A stretch of 64,000 nt of DNA from an uncultured bacterium. GTDB taxonomy: Bacteria; Acidobacteriota; HRBIN11; JAKEFK01. The notes under the pieces were generated by a model, which saw only the letters and a list, made by a program, of their open reading frames with translations, was not told where the DNA came from and searched no databases. The position numbers and the translations under genes are program-made. The stretch is from positions 32,001 through 96,000 of the forward strand of contig CAVZQN010000003.1 of assembly GCA_963777505.1 (NCBI GenBank). Reading direction: 5' to 3'. Shown one piece after another: positions 62,856 to 64,000 of this stretch (position 1 is the first letter of the stretch; every line of letters starts with the position of its first letter).

Positions 62856-63944
62856 ATGCAATTGGCAAAAATTCACGATACTGAAATTGAAACATTCTGG
62901 CAAGCCGTTGTTGATCGAGATGCGTCTATGGATGGCCGATTCTTTTTTGCCGTAGAGAGTACAGGCGTGTTTTGCAGACCTTCCTGTCCTGCGAGACGTC
63001 CAAAGAGGCAAAAGGTGAGCTTTTACGAAACAATTTCCGATGCTCTATCGGCAGGGTATCGGGCATGTTTACGTTGCAAACCGGATCAATCGATTGTGAA
63101 TGAGGATCGTAAACGGCTCGCTGAGCGAGCCTGCGAACTTTTGAAAGAGTATGCAAATGAACCTTTGGATCAGTCATTGAGCTTGACAGAATTAGCTGAA
63201 CGTCTCGATGTAAGCCCTTTCCAACTTCATCGCGCGTTCAAAGAAAACTATGGACTTACGCCAAAACAATATGCGTCATCGCAGCGGCTTTCGCGATTTA
63301 AGGAAAGTGTCAGGAATTCAAAAACAGTAACAGATGCTTTATATGAAGCGGGATATGGTTCGAGCAGCCGGTTGTATGAAAAGAGTTCAGCAAGACTTGG
63401 GATGACTCCGGCATCGTATCGCAAAGGCGGAAAAGGAGCGAAGATCCGTTATTCAATCCGTTCCTGCGAACTTGGATTGTTATTGACTGCTGCAACAGAT
63501 CGCGGTTTATGTTCGGTTCGTTTTGGTGAAAATGAACGGAAGCTTAGACAGGAATTGAAAAATGAATTTCCTCATGCGGAACTTGTGAGAGATGAGTCAT
63601 CACTCGCTGATTGGTCAGAGCTGGTGAATGATTTTATTAACGCAAAAAGTTCCAGCAAGAGTTTGCCTTTGGATATTCAGGCCTCAGCATTTGAATGGAA
63701 AGTTTGGAATCATCTGCGAAGCCTTCATACCGGTGAAACCAGAACATATGGAGAAATTGCACGAGCGATCGGACAACCAACAGCGAGTCGTGCTGTTGCT
63801 CGCGCCTGTGCAGCAAATCCAATCGCTGTTGTTATACCCTGCCATCGTGTCGTTCCGGCTTCGGGTGGTCCTGGTGGATACCGGTGGGGAAGTGATCGGA
63901 AAAAGAGGCTCCTTGAATTCGAGAGCCGTTCGAAGAAATCGTAG
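62856..63944 (+). CDS. ada: Bifunctional Ada regulator / O6-methylguanine-DNA methyltransferase
   Basis: 'FCRPSC...RACLRC' Zn site, AraC HTH, 'PCHRV' active site. Confidence 0.95.
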   Translation: MQLAKIHDTEIETFWQAVVDRDASMDGRFFFAVESTGVFCRPSCPARRPKRQKVSFYETISDALSAGYRACLRCKPDQSIVNEDRKRLAERACELLKEYANEPLDQSLSLTELAERLDVSPFQLHRAFKENYGLTPKQYASSQRLSRFKESVRNSKTVTDALYEAGYGSSSRLYEKSSARLGMTPASYRKGGKGAKIRYSIRSCELGLLLTAATDRGLCSVRFGENERKLRQELKNEFPHAELVRDESSLADWSELVNDFINAKSSSKSLPLDIQASAFEWKVWNHLRSLHTGETRTYGEIARAIGQPTASRAVARACAANPIAVVIPCHRVVPASGGPGGYRWGSDRKKRLLEFESRSKKS

Positions 63945-64000
63945 ACTCTTCGGACTCAATTTTTTCATCCTCAGTTGAGCGGCACAATTGTGGACTCGTG

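Noticed and set aside
62706-63011. Methyltransferase extension overlapping ada
   Set aside because: Antisense readthrough; the recognisable protein starts near 62705.
1-64000. tRNA, rRNA, transposase, integrase or prophage genes
   Set aside because: None recognised by eye; short RNAs could be missed without tRNAscan-SE/Infernal.

Overview
A 64-kb bacterial chromosomal window, most likely Acidobacteriota. The assignment rests on an ADOP-type duplicated permease, an Oar-like TonB-dependent receptor, sulfatase-like/TPR proteins and a CRTAC1/ASPIC surface protein. It holds about 48 genes. Housekeeping and stress genes include glnS, pyrB, pntA/pntB, sodC, msrA, bcp, ada, yjbQ, OsmC, MscS and a GT4 + glycogen-debranching pair. 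There is an amino-acid/guanidino-compound catabolic cluster and many secreted hydrolases. At least nine genes are broken by 1-bp frameshifts, often in or near homopolymers, which looks like long-read assembly error rather than biology. No rRNA, tRNA, CRISPR array, transposase or prophage was recognised, but the intergenic regions carry several REP-like and tandem/inverted repeat families. The most novel signal is a set of dispersed, signal-peptide-less, effector-like genes (403-1758 +, 13524-14522 -, ~10220-10482 -). Two share an N-terminal xExxLTGxxxAxxL motif and carry different putative toxic domains: PG-binding plus an M91-like metallopeptidase with a TIMP-like neighbour, and a papain-like Cys/His/Asn protease. 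Two share an identically spaced 57-bp upstream element containing a palindrome. Together this suggests a co-regulated effector family exported by a non-Sec route. An alpha2-beta fused transhydrogenase with an extra linker TM helix is also notable.
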